Positions 28,938-40,213 of a DNA stretch of 64,000 nt are shown in pieces. Position numbers and translations under genes: made by a program. This DNA is from Planctomycetota bacterium (GTDB lineage: Bacteria > Planctomycetota > JAJSAM01 > JAJVHW01): NCBI GenBank assembly GCA_965248445.1, contig CBDFJG010000003.1, forward strand, positions 1,376,001 to 1,440,000. The letters run 5' to 3'. Positions within the stretch are counted from its first letter, which is position 1. Each line of letters begins with the position of its first letter. Below the pieces are notes generated by a model, which worked only from the letters and a program-made list of their open reading frames with translations, made no database searches and was not told the DNA's origin.

Positions 28938-29068
28938 GGCTCGCCGGTTCGGACAAGTACCGCGTCCGCCAGGGGGCCTACCGGATCGTCCACACGGTCC
29001 ATGGCGACGTGATCACGGTGACCATCGTGCGCGACCGGCACCGGCGAGACGTCTACCGGCGATCGTAG
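28938..29068 (+). pseudogene. C-terminal fragment of a RelE/ParE-family toxin
   Basis: LAGSDKYRVRQGAYRIVHTV...TIVRDRHRRDVYR; no N-terminus or antitoxin. Confidence 0.7.
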
Positions 29069-29111
29069 CGCGATCGCGGGCCAGCCTACGTGGTACCGGT
29101 CCGCGCGGCTG

Positions 29112-30626
29112 TCAGCGGAACGGGAACGCGAGGATGTTGGTGGTCGGGCCGCCGAGGAAGACGCGGTCGTCGTAGACACCGTCGTGGCAGAACGTCACCC
29201 CGACTGCGCCGGGCTCCTTGCCGGCGAACACGGCCCCGTAGAGCCCCTCGTACTTCACGTGCACGTCGTCATTCACAATTGTCCCGTTCGCCCGGATGCG
29301 GCGGAAACGGACTTCGATGTCGTTGACGAAGACGACGATCGGCGCAATGAACTCCTCGCGGTCGGGACTCCACGCAATCGTGCCGGCAATGCCGAACGGG
29401 TGAGAACTCGTTCCCGAAAGGTCCACTGCCGCTGGCGGAGTGATGACGCCCAGTTCCGTCAAGGGAACGTACTGGGTGTTGGTCAAGTCGTCCTGCCGGA
29501 TGTACTCGAACGCGACGATCACCGTCCCGTTGGGTTGCGCGGCCAGGTAGGGGGGATAGACCGCCTTCCAGGTAGCGCTGGATGCCACTACGAGCGAGGG
29601 GTGGAGGAGGGAGAGCGCGTCGTCAACGACCATGACGCGGTATCCGAGGGCAAGACCTGACGGCGGTGCCGTTGCATAACCGATGACCAACGTGTCGTCG
29701 GCCTGACGCACGATCGCCGGCGCGTGGATGAAGGAGACGGTGTCCTCCAACAGCAGCCGAGGACTGCCGGGTGCCAGCGTCCCGTCCGGCTGAACCCGCG
29801 CCCCCCACAGCCGGGCGATGGAGTTGGCGGAGAGATCGTCCTCGTCCCACACGACGATGTAGCCGCCGTCCACGGGATCAGCGGCGACGTCGAGGCGTGA
29901 GATGCGCGCTGACGATGCGAGCGGTAGGTCCACGACGACATCGCTGAGGTCGTTCTCTCGGACAATGCGGAAGTATGCATCGTCAACGCTGGTCGTCGAG
30001 TTCACGCTCGCCAGACCCCACGTCTTGTCCTTCTCGTTCCACGCGACCGTGGGCGAGAAACGCACGGCGCCGCTTCCGATCGGAGGATCGTTGACGGTCT
30101 CCTCGGCGAGGTACGTTGCCCCGTCGAGGCGCACGAAGCGCGCCGCCTGCCCCGCCGCCGACGCGGTCGCTCCGATGGCGAGCACGACACCGCTGCCGTT
30201 GTCGGTCATCGCCGCATCCGCGACGTATGCAGCCGCGAACCCGCCTGACGAGTACGGGGTCGCGATGACCTCCGGGCCGGACTTCCCGAGCGCCTCGAAC
30301 ACCGCTTGCGACGTGGTCTCGCCCCCGTCGGGATCGCGCGCGGTGATCGAGTACGTCCCTGTCATGAACGGCGCGAGTTGAAGATCGACTTCGACACGAT
30401 CGTGCCTGAGACGCCGAACGGCGGTCGGGACGACGGCGGTCTGATCGGTGTCCCGCACGAACGTGAGCGTCGCGCTCGGATCGATCCCACCACCGGCAAG
30501 CGTGACCGTCAGCGGGACGTCGGGTCGAATGGGGTTCGGTGACACCGACCCCACGAACGGCAGACGATTGTCGAGATCGAGAACTCCTGCCAGCACGAAG
30601 TCGTTTCCCAGCGGCGAGACGTCCAT
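29112..30626 (-). CDS. Beta-rich secreted-type protein (IPT plus propeller-like); probably the 3' half of a frameshifted gene
   Basis: No signal peptide; begins inside the end of the upstream ORF in another frame. Confidence 0.6.
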   Translation of the reverse strand: MDVSPLGNDFVLAGVLDLDNRLPFVGSVSPNPIRPDVPLTVTLAGGGIDPSATLTFVRDTDQTAVVPTAVRRLRHDRVEVDLQLAPFMTGTYSITARDPDGGETTSQAVFEALGKSGPEVIATPYSSGGFAAAYVADAAMTDNGSGVVLAIGATASAAGQAARFVRLDGATYLAEETVNDPPIGSGAVRFSPTVAWNEKDKTWGLASVNSTTSVDDAYFRIVRENDLSDVVVDLPLASSARISRLDVAADPVDGGYIVVWDEDDLSANSIARLWGARVQPDGTLAPGSPRLLLEDTVSFIHAPAIVRQADDTLVIGYATAPPSGLALGYRVMVVDDALSLLHPSLVVASSATWKAVYPPYLAAQPNGTVIVAFEYIRQDDLTNTQYVPLTELGVITPPAAVDLSGTSSHPFGIAGTIAWSPDREEFIAPIVVFVNDIEVRFRRIRANGTIVNDDVHVKYEGLYGAVFAGKEPGAVGVTFCHDGVYDDRVFLGGPTTNILAFPFR

Positions 30627-31375
30627 TGAGTGATGTGTGGCGGGGCCTCGACGTTCTTGGCGACGACAACCCGTCGCTTCACTGACGGAGCCTTCAGCTT
30701 GACCGTGGCGCGGAACGTACCGGGGCCGCCGGAGACGCGCAGTTGGTACGTGTCGAGTTCATCGAGGAGATGCGGGCCGAGCTTCACCTTGCCGGCCTTG
30801 GTCTGCACGTTGCCGATGAGCAGTTCGCCGCGGGAGTTCCGCACCTCCACGTTCGCGATGAACGAGGGGTTGCCCCGCGACTTGACCTGCAGTGTCATGG
30901 CCGAACCGGGAAGGGCGCCGAACTCGAACACCTCAACCGTTCCCGCGTCGGCGAGCGCTCCGTCGAAGCGGTGACGCTTGGGCGACGATCCCTTGACGCT
31001 GACGACCGCATCGCCCAGTCCGTCGGCAGCTCCGACTGTCAACCGCCAGAGCCCGGTGTCATCGAACGACAGCTTCTTGATCGTCGCGGACTTCTTCGTC
31101 AGCTTGAGCGCCTTGCCGAGCACCACCGGGTCGCCACCCGGCGCGAGCAGCGAGAGCTCGGGCGACACGTCGCCGCCCTTGGCTCGTTTGGCCTTGATCG
31201 TGACGCGCTGACCGGCAACGCCGGCAATGCCCAGCGACGGCTCGACCGCGCCGCCCAGCGTCACGGTCACGCGGTCGCCGGGAAGGACGACCTGATCCAG
31301 CGTCTCACCGGCGAACACAGGCGCTGCCAGAAGGCAGATCGCTGTCGTCGCCGTCACCCTCCAAGGTCGGAGCAT
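30509..31375 (-). CDS. Secreted protein with Lys-rich PPC-like modules (paralog of the 5576-7444 N-terminus); probably the 5' half of a frameshifted gene
   Basis: GAGGAG RBS, signal peptide, AGQRVTIKAKRAKGGDVSPELSLL. Confidence 0.65.
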   Translation of the reverse strand: MLRPWRVTATTAICLLAAPVFAGETLDQVVLPGDRVTVTLGGAVEPSLGIAGVAGQRVTIKAKRAKGGDVSPELSLLAPGGDPVVLGKALKLTKKSATIKKLSFDDTGLWRLTVGAADGLGDAVVSVKGSSPKRHRFDGALADAGTVEVFEFGALPGSAMTLQVKSRGNPSFIANVEVRNSRGELLIGNVQTKAGKVKLGPHLLDELDTYQLRVSGGPGTFRATVKLKAPSVKRRVVVAKNVEAPPHITQWTSRRWETTSCWQEFSISTIVCRSWGRCHRTPFDPTSR

Positions 31376-31433
31376 AGAAGTCTCCTCGACGAGTGGACCA
31401 TCGTAGCGCCCCGACGCCCCTCGACGGCCGGTG

Positions 31434-31841
31434 TCACTCCCCTGGGGTTGACATTTCAGCCTCAGCGTGGAAGGCGAGCTTCTCGCAGTACCCTCGGACG
31501 CCCCAGGTGTCCCAGAACGGGCGGCCGCGCAGGGCGTCGGTGAAGCCCGTGATCGGGCCGCCGGCCGGTGCGACCAGAGTCGCGATCGGCCACAGGTTGC
31601 CGGGGTGGGCACCTACGAGCGGCGACACGATCGGATCGAGTAAGGGCACCAGGGTGTCGATGACGATGTTCGGCACCACGTTCACCGGGAACGCGAGCAG
31701 TGCCGCGGTGCACCCCCTTGTTTCGACGGCGCCGCACGTCACCCTGTACTCCGCACGCGAGTCCGGAGCCGGATCCGGCGGACAGTGCGTCGCGCAGCCA
31801 GCGACGACCAGAGTCGCGACGGCCGCGGCCGCGAGCCGCAT
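31434..31841 (-). CDS. Small lipoprotein
   Basis: Lipobox VAGC; TGATG-coupled to lepB. Confidence 0.65.
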   Translation of the reverse strand: MRLAAAAVATLVVAGCATHCPPDPAPDSRAEYRVTCGAVETRGCTAALLAFPVNVVPNIVIDTLVPLLDPIVSPLVGAHPGNLWPIATLVAPAGGPITGFTDALRGRPFWDTWGVRGYCEKLAFHAEAEMSTPGE

Positions 31842-33463
31842 CAGGGCAGGAAACGCGGTCGCCAGTCGGCGATCGGGGGGAACGGGAAGAAGATCACGAA
31901 CGCGCGGCCGACCAGGTCGCGACGGCGCACGAACGGAGCCGGCACGTTGGTCTGCACGTCGGTTCCCTCGACCGGGACCTCACGCAGGACGCCCTCGACG
32001 TCCAGGAACCGCCACTTCCCGTCGTTCTGTTTCAGGCGGACGACGCGGCCGTCCTCGAGCTTGACGGAGTCTTCGGCCTTGTAGACCGTGCCGTTCGCCG
32101 TGGTGATCACGTTCACGTACCACTTGCGGCTGTCCTTCGAGCCGCCCACGTTGTCGCCGAGCATGAAGAACTCGTCCTTGCCGATCTTCCACTCCTTGCG
32201 CCCCTGGTACTCGATGTCGCGTTCGACACGGACGTCGTGGATCGCGCCCTTCCCTCCGCTGAATCCGATGCTCGCCGCGCCCAATTGTGCGCCGCCGTTG
32301 CTCTTGTCCGCGGTCTCGATGCGCGCCACAAGACGGCCGTTCACGTAGAGGCGCGCGACGCGGTCCGCGACGCCGAGGCCGTACTCGGTCTCCGGATCGT
32401 CGGTCAGGCGCGCGTCCGGCACCGAGAGAGCGTCCATCCCGGGAGCGTCGAGCGTCCCGCCGTCGACCCCAAACGTCGCCTCGACGCGGCGGCGGCCGCC
32501 CTCGACGGTGATCTTCACCGCACCGGACTCCGCGCTGCGCTGGAGAGTCAGCTTCGCGTTGACGCGCAGGTCCTCTGCGCCGAGCGACTGGATGAACCGC
32601 ACACGACTCGTCTGATCAGCGGGAACCTCGACGGTCGCAGCGTCCTTCCCGATCGACCAGGTCGCCACCTGATCGTCCTGCTCCAACTCGGTAGAGAGGT
32701 CGTCCCGCGCGTTCGCCGCGCGGTACAGCGGGAACCAGAGCGTCTCCTGCACCTCCTCGGGCTTCGCGACGACGTTGCCGTTGACGTAGATGTCTCCGTC
32801 ACGGATCTCGAGCCTCTCTCCGGGCAGACCGACGAGGCGCTTGATGTAGTTCACCGGCCGGAACAGCGGGTACTTGAACACGACGATCGACCAGCGCGGA
32901 GGGTCGCCCAGGAACATCTGCACCTTGCTCGCGAGCAGACGATCGCCGGGCTTGTTCTTGCGCGCATTCGCCCCGAGGATCGTCGGCTCCATCGACGACG
33001 TCGGGATCTGGAAAGCCTCGTACACGAACGTCTTGACCGTGAGGGCGAGGATCAGCGCCATGGCGATGGCTTCGACGTTCTCGCGCACGTGGTCGGCACC
33101 CGTCATCTCAGGAGGCGGCGCGAGGTCGTCCTCGCCCGCGGGCCTGCGGACCCACGACAGCGCGCCCATCGCGACGAACAGGAGCGACGCCACACCGGCC
33201 CAGGCCGCGCCAACCGCGAACTGAGCACCCGCGTGGACGATGAGCACGGCGAGCGACAGGCCGCCGCGCTCGGCGGTGAAGCGGGCGAGGAGACCCGCCA
33301 CCACCAAGAGCGCCGTCGTGACGATCCGGTCCGACGACGTCTCGGTCCCCGCCGACGCGGCCTGTGGGAACAGGAAGTAGACCAGCAGCCCGAGGGTCAC
33401 GAGCAGCGTCGAGGCGCGCCGTGCGGTCGTCGCCAGCCTGTCGGGCACGAGTACGTTCAACAT
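31841..33463 (-). CDS. lepB: Signal peptidase I
   Basis: AFQIPTSSMEPT, GDRLLASK, NYIKRLVGLPGE, FMLGDN...SKDSR, VGRAF. Confidence 0.93.
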   Translation of the reverse strand: MLNVLVPDRLATTARRASTLLVTLGLLVYFLFPQAASAGTETSSDRIVTTALLVVAGLLARFTAERGGLSLAVLIVHAGAQFAVGAAWAGVASLLFVAMGALSWVRRPAGEDDLAPPPEMTGADHVRENVEAIAMALILALTVKTFVYEAFQIPTSSMEPTILGANARKNKPGDRLLASKVQMFLGDPPRWSIVVFKYPLFRPVNYIKRLVGLPGERLEIRDGDIYVNGNVVAKPEEVQETLWFPLYRAANARDDLSTELEQDDQVATWSIGKDAATVEVPADQTSRVRFIQSLGAEDLRVNAKLTLQRSAESGAVKITVEGGRRRVEATFGVDGGTLDAPGMDALSVPDARLTDDPETEYGLGVADRVARLYVNGRLVARIETADKSNGGAQLGAASIGFSGGKGAIHDVRVERDIEYQGRKEWKIGKDEFFMLGDNVGGSKDSRKWYVNVITTANGTVYKAEDSVKLEDGRVVRLKQNDGKWRFLDVEGVLREVPVEGTDVQTNVPAPFVRRRDLVGRAFVIFFPFPPIADWRPRFLP

Positions 33464-33479
33464 GCGTGGCGGGCCGTCC

Positions 33480-35305
<1,826 letters not shown>

Positions 35306-35309
<4 letters not shown>

Positions 35310-35923
35310 GCGACGCCCTCCGCCGCGAGCCACGTCGTGAGTTGCGCGCGCAGATCCGCGAGTGCGTTGGCGCGATGGCTGACGGCGTTCTTCTCCTCCG
35401 CCGTGACCTCCGCGAACGTCTTCCCAAGGGGCTCCACCAAGAAGTGCGGGTCGTAGCCGAACCCGCTCGTGCCGCGCGGCTCCTCGATCAGGACGCCTTC
35501 GCACGCCCCGTCCCCACGCAGCGCGATCGTGCCGTCCGGCCGCGCGAGCGAGACCACGCAGCGGAACCGGGCGAGCGGCCGTTCGAGCCCCGCCTCGCGA
35601 GCCTCGGCGATCAGCTTGCGGTTGTTGTCGAGGTCGGTCGCGCCCGGACCGGCGTAGCGCGCCGAGTAGACTCCGGGCCGGCAGTTCAGCGCCGGGACCT
35701 CCAAGCCGGAGTCGTCGGCCAGCGCGTGCAAGCCGGTGGACCGCGCCGCGTGCGTCGCTTTCAGATCGGCGTTCGCGGCGAACGTCGTCCCCGTCTCCTC
35801 CGCCGCCTCAAATGGCCGGTCGACGTCCGTGGGACCGAAGAAGCGCAGCGGTAGGTCCGCAAGCATGGTGCGCAACTCCGCGAGCTTGTGCGGATTGCCG
35901 GTGGCGAGAACGACGTCGATCAC
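35306..35923 (-). CDS. rdgB: dITP/XTP pyrophosphatase (HAM1 family)
   Basis: [30 protein letters not shown]. Confidence 0.96.
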
Positions 35924-36648
35924 CCGTTACCGCCCTCGCGCGCCGTGCGCTGCAGCCGGAACATCTCGCCGGCGCCGTGGTAGGCGAGGTCCACGAGTTC
36001 GTCGAGTCGGGAGCGCGGGAACGGGACGCCCTCGGCGGCGCCCTGGATCTCGACGATGTCGCCCGATCCGTCGATCACGACGTTCATGTCCACGTCGGCC
36101 GCAGCGTCTTCCTCGTACGGGAGATCGAGGCGCGGTTCGCCCTCGATCACACCGACCGATACCGCGGCCAGTTGTGTTCGCACGGGAGTTGACACGAGCA
36201 GCCCCTCGGCCACGAGCTTGTCGCAGGCATCGGCCAGCGCGACCCACGCGCCGGAGATCGCCGCGGTGCGCGTCCCGCCGTCGGCCACCAGGACGTCGCA
36301 GTCCACCCAGATCGTGCGCTCGCCGAGCGCCTGCATGTCGACGACGGCGCGCAGAGCGCGGCCGATCAGCCGGCCGATCTCGACGCCGCGTCCGTCGCGC
36401 TTGCCGCGCGTCGACTCGCGTGCCTTCCGCGGCTCGGTGGACCCGGGGAGCATCGCGTACTCGGCGGTCAGCCAGCCGGTTCCGCGGCCCCGCATCCAGC
36501 GCGGCACCGCCTCCTCGACCGACACCGTGCAGAGCACCCGCGTGCGGCCGGTCTCGACCAGCACGGAGCCGTGCGCCGAATCGGTGAAGGCCCGCACGAA
36601 TCGTACGGTCCTGAGCTCGTCGTTGGCACGTCCGTCAGACCTGGGCAC
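35920..36648 (-). CDS. rph: Ribonuclease PH
   Basis: [46 protein letters not shown]. Confidence 0.97.
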   Translation of the reverse strand: MPRSDGRANDELRTVRFVRAFTDSAHGSVLVETGRTRVLCTVSVEEAVPRWMRGRGTGWLTAEYAMLPGSTEPRKARESTRGKRDGRGVEIGRLIGRALRAVVDMQALGERTIWVDCDVLVADGGTRTAAISGAWVALADACDKLVAEGLLVSTPVRTQLAAVSVGVIEGEPRLDLPYEEDAAADVDMNVVIDGSGDIVEIQGAAEGVPFPRSRLDELVDLAYHGAGEMFRLQRTAREGGNG

Positions 36649-36776
36649 GCTGGATCTCTCCTGGGCGGATCAAGCGGACACCGCCGTCCCCCGATCGAGC
36701 GGGCGATGATCCCATCCATGCGCGACCCCCCGTAGAAGCGGCGAGGGGTCCGCGCCGATGTCCGTCAGCACCGTAC

Positions 36777-36792
36777 ACGGACATTTGTCCGT
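36777..36792. promoter_or_regulatory. Palindromic putative operator
   Basis: ACGGACA-TT-TGTCCGT perfect inverted repeat just upstream of the reconstructed TGcTAGTCT -10 box. Confidence 0.5.
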
Positions 36793-36804
36793 CTCGGCTG
36801 CTAG

Positions 36805-38473
36805 CCCGAATCGTTCACCAGCCGGGAATCTGAGCGGGCCGTCGTCTGTCTAAGTGCTCGTACTCGCTAGTACTTGCACCGACAGGAGCGCCGGCCCGAT
36901 GACGACAGACTGTAGCCCGCAGGGGACCCTCTTCGCGGGCATCTGTGGACGCACCGCGGTGACGCGCTTCGACGCCGGTACCGTGACGAGCGACGGGGGC
37001 GTGCTGCTGCTCGAGCGGACCGATCGTCGCATCGATCTGCTCTCGCGGTTTGCGCGCTGCTTCGGGGACCACCGGGACCCGCGTCGGGTCGAGCACACGG
37101 TCGGCCAGATGCTGCGTCAGCGGGTCTTCGGGCTGTGCGCGGGCTACGAGGATCTGGTGGACCACGACCATGTCGGCAAGGACCCGCTGTTTGCCGCGGC
37201 GTGCGGCAAGCGCGAGGGTGCTCTGGCCACGCACCCGACGCTCTCGCGGCTCGAGACCACGCAGCTCGGCGCCACGGCACAGACGCGCTACGCCAAGATC
37301 GAGATGGACCAGGAGCGCGTGGACAGCGTGCTCAGCGACGTCTTCTGCGAGGCCATGGGGCCGGAGGATCCGGGCCTGCTCGTGCTGGACCTGGACCACT
37401 CCGACGTGCGGCTGCACGGCCGGCAGGAGGGCCGCTTCTTCCACGGCTACTACGGGCACTACTGCTACCTGCCGCTGTACGTCTTCTGCGGCGAGCACCT
37501 CTTGCTCGCTCGGCTCCAGACCGCTGACAGAGATCCCGCGCGCGGAGTCGTGGACGAGCTCCGTGCGCTGGTCTTACGTCTGCGGCGCCGCTGGCCCCGG
37601 GCCAAGGTGCTCGTGCGCGCAGACTCGGGCTTTTGCCGCGAGGAGCTGATGGCCTGGTGCGAGGCCGCCGGCCACTTCTACCTGCTGGGCATGGCGCGCA
37701 ATGAGCGCCTTGAGCGACACGTCGAAGACGCGCTCGATGAGGCCGCAGCCCGTGCCGTGCAGACCGGCCGAGCAGCCCGGGTCTTTCGCGACTTTGCCTG
37801 GACCACGCTGGGGAGCTGGAGCCAGAGGCGTCGCGTGGTCGCCAAGGCCGAGCACCTGCCGGGCGGCAAGCGCAATCCCCGCTTCGTGGTGACCAATCTG
37901 CCGCCTCGTAGCTGGAGCAGCAAGCGTCTCTACGAGCAGCTCTACTGCGCCCGGGGCGAGGCGGAGAATCGCATCAAGGAGCAGCAGCTCGAGCTCTTCG
38001 GCACCCGTCTGTCGGTGCACACGATGCAGGGCAACGCCGTGCGGATGGCCATGTCGGCCATGGCCTACGTCCTGACCTGTGCGCTGCGACGCATCGGTCT
38101 CGCCGGCACCGAGATGGCGCGTGCGCAAGCCGGCACGATCCGCCTGCGGCTGCTCAAGATCGGCGCGCTCGTGCGGATCACGACGCGCCGGATCTGGGTC
38201 TCGATGTCCTCGTCGTGGCCCTGGCAGCACGTCTTCGAGCGCTGCGCGCAACGACTGCTGGCATCCCCGAAGCCGACCTGACGTCCCGCCGCGCCGTCCG
38301 CCACACCACCGCCCGGCCTACGGTCTGCCCACACCGCAGAATCCGCGCCGTTTCGGCCGCTCACTCGCGTTGCCCTTGTGGCAACGACGACAGCATCCGC
38401 CCTCGCCTGGCCAAGATCTGACCCTGTGGACTCCGAAAGCACCGTCATCGCGACGTCTCGTGAACAGATGCGG
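36805..38473 (+). mobile_element. IS1380-family element, copy 2 (transposase 36899-38281)
   Basis: CTAG duplicated at 36801-36804 and 38474-38477; one codon (GTC vs ACC) differs from copy 1. Confidence 0.95.
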
Positions 38474-38487
38474 CTAGTCTCTCGGCC

Positions 38488-39345
38488 ATGCACGAGACGA
38501 CACTCCACTCAGAGCGCGCCTTCGCCGTCGGCGAACACATCTCGCTGGGCGCGACCTCCGATCCGTATTCGCCCCTCGAGCGACAGACGCGGTCCACCCG
38601 CGCTTCCCTGCGGGAGTTCGCCCGAGAGGCCACGCGGGGAGACGGCCTGCGCATCTCGATCACGACCCGCTCCCCGCTCGTCACGCGCGACATCGACGTC
38701 TTGCGTCGCATCGCCCGAAGGAGCGCGGTGCACGCCAACATGGCCGTGACCACGCTCGACGCTCGCCTGGCCGAGGTGCTCGAACCGCAGGCACCCGAGC
38801 GACAAGAAAGTGGGCCGAAGGCGCGGCTCCGCGCCCTTCGGCGGCTCCGCGAAGCCGGGATCCGTGCTGGGCTGTACGTCGCGCCGTTCTTGCCCGGTGT
38901 GACGGACGTGGACGCCGAGATGACTGCACTCCTTCGCGGCGCACGAGACGCCGGGGCGCTGTGGGTCGGGTGGCAGGCCGATCACCTGCGGGAACCGGAC
39001 CGCTCGGTGCTGCTGCGCGCGCTGAAGAACCGCTACCCGCGCGTCGGAGCGCGCTACGAGGTGTCGCTGCGATTTGGGACGCTGCGATCCGGCCCCGGTG
39101 GATCCGGCCCCGGTGGATCCGGCCCCGGTGGATCCGGCTTGGGGGGATCCGGCCCGAGGGGATCCGGCCCGGGGGGATCCGGCTCGGGGGGACTCGGGTC
39201 GCGGCGGGACGGCCGACTCGCGTGCGACGCGGAGCACCGGCTGCGCTGCATCGCGCGACGACTCGGTCTTGCCGCAGCGCCACACGGCCAGCTGCCCAGC
39301 CCGGAGCGCGTGGAGCAGGCTAAGTTCGCGTTCGGACGAGCATGA
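38488..39345 (+). CDS. SplB/Rv2578c-like radical-SAM-family protein lacking CxxxCxxC
   Basis: LGATSDPYSPLE, ITTRSPLVTRDIDVL, TTLD..LA..LEP.AP, PFLPGVTD. Confidence 0.75.
   Translation: MHETTLHSERAFAVGEHISLGATSDPYSPLERQTRSTRASLREFAREATRGDGLRISITTRSPLVTRDIDVLRRIARRSAVHANMAVTTLDARLAEVLEPQAPERQESGPKARLRALRRLREAGIRAGLYVAPFLPGVTDVDAEMTALLRGARDAGALWVGWQADHLREPDRSVLLRALKNRYPRVGARYEVSLRFGTLRSGPGGSGPGGSGPGGSGLGGSGPRGSGPGGSGSGGLGSRRDGRLACDAEHRLRCIARRLGLAAAPHGQLPSPERVEQAKFAFGRA
39086..39200 (+). repeat. 15-bp coding tandem repeat (about 7.5 units; GGSGP)
   Basis: GATCCGGCCCCGGTG and variants. Confidence 0.9.
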
Positions 39346-39355
39346 CGGAACGCCG

Positions 39356-40135
39356 CTAAGGGCTGATGCCGCGCACCGCGGCCAGGATCGCGTCCGGGTC
39401 CGCGCGGTCGGCGACGTCCTCTCCGACGCGCACCCAGGTAATCCGCCCCTCGGCATCCAGCACGATGGTGGTCGGATACGGCACGGGTCCGCGGCCGAAC
39501 GGCTCGGGGTGCACGACGCCTAGGCTCGTCGCAACCGTGGCCTCCGGGTCGGAGATTATCGGAAACTCGAGACCCAGGTCCGCGGCCAACTCGGCCGCTC
39601 CCTCGGGCGAGTCCGTGCCGATCGCGACCACACTGGCCGATGTCCCGAGCTCGTCCGCGACGCCTTGGAGCTGCACCAGCTCCGCCTGGCAGAAGTCTCA
39701 CCAGTGTCCGCGGTAGAGCATCACGACCGCCGGGCGGCCGGCGAGATCGCGCACGGACATCTCCCCGCCGCCCACAGCGGGCAGCGGATCCTGGAATCCC
39801 ACCAGTGGCTGGCCGACCTCTGTGTGCGGCGGGCCCGAGATCGCGGGAAGAGCGAGGAAGTAGAGGAGCGTGGCGCCGAGAAGCGCGGCGAGACCGGCAT
39901 TCAGCACGAGGGCCGGCGCGAGTGACGGCAACGAGACCGGCGGTTTGACCCTCCGCCGGCCTCCGAAAGCCACGATCCCGAGGATGAAGCCCGCCGTTGC
40001 CAGCATGGCCGCCGTCCAGGCGATCGAGACCTCGAGACGGAGCTGGATGAGCTCCAGCCACAAGACCGTGAGCACCATCCCCACGGCGAACGCCGCGTAG
40101 GAGATGAAACGAACCAGGCGCGGACGACTGCTCAT
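39356..40135 (-). CDS. Membrane-anchored AhpC/TSA redoxin selenoprotein (UxxC)
   Basis: Two track ORFs are in frame across TGA 39698-39700: LYRGHW-U-DFCQAEL; downstream hairpin GGAGCTG-GTG-CAGCTCC. Confidence 0.85.
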
Positions 40136-40213
40136 GCGACTACCAACTCCCCATCGACCGATCCTCTTCCCGGCAGCGCGCCGGCGCACGCGGATTCTGG
40201 CGATCCGTCGTGA

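Noticed and set aside
36758..36804. Upstream in-frame ATG giving the radical-SAM gene a longer N-terminus split by the IS
   Set aside because: It adds only 19 residues with no Cys motif; the promoter geometry favours ATG 38488.
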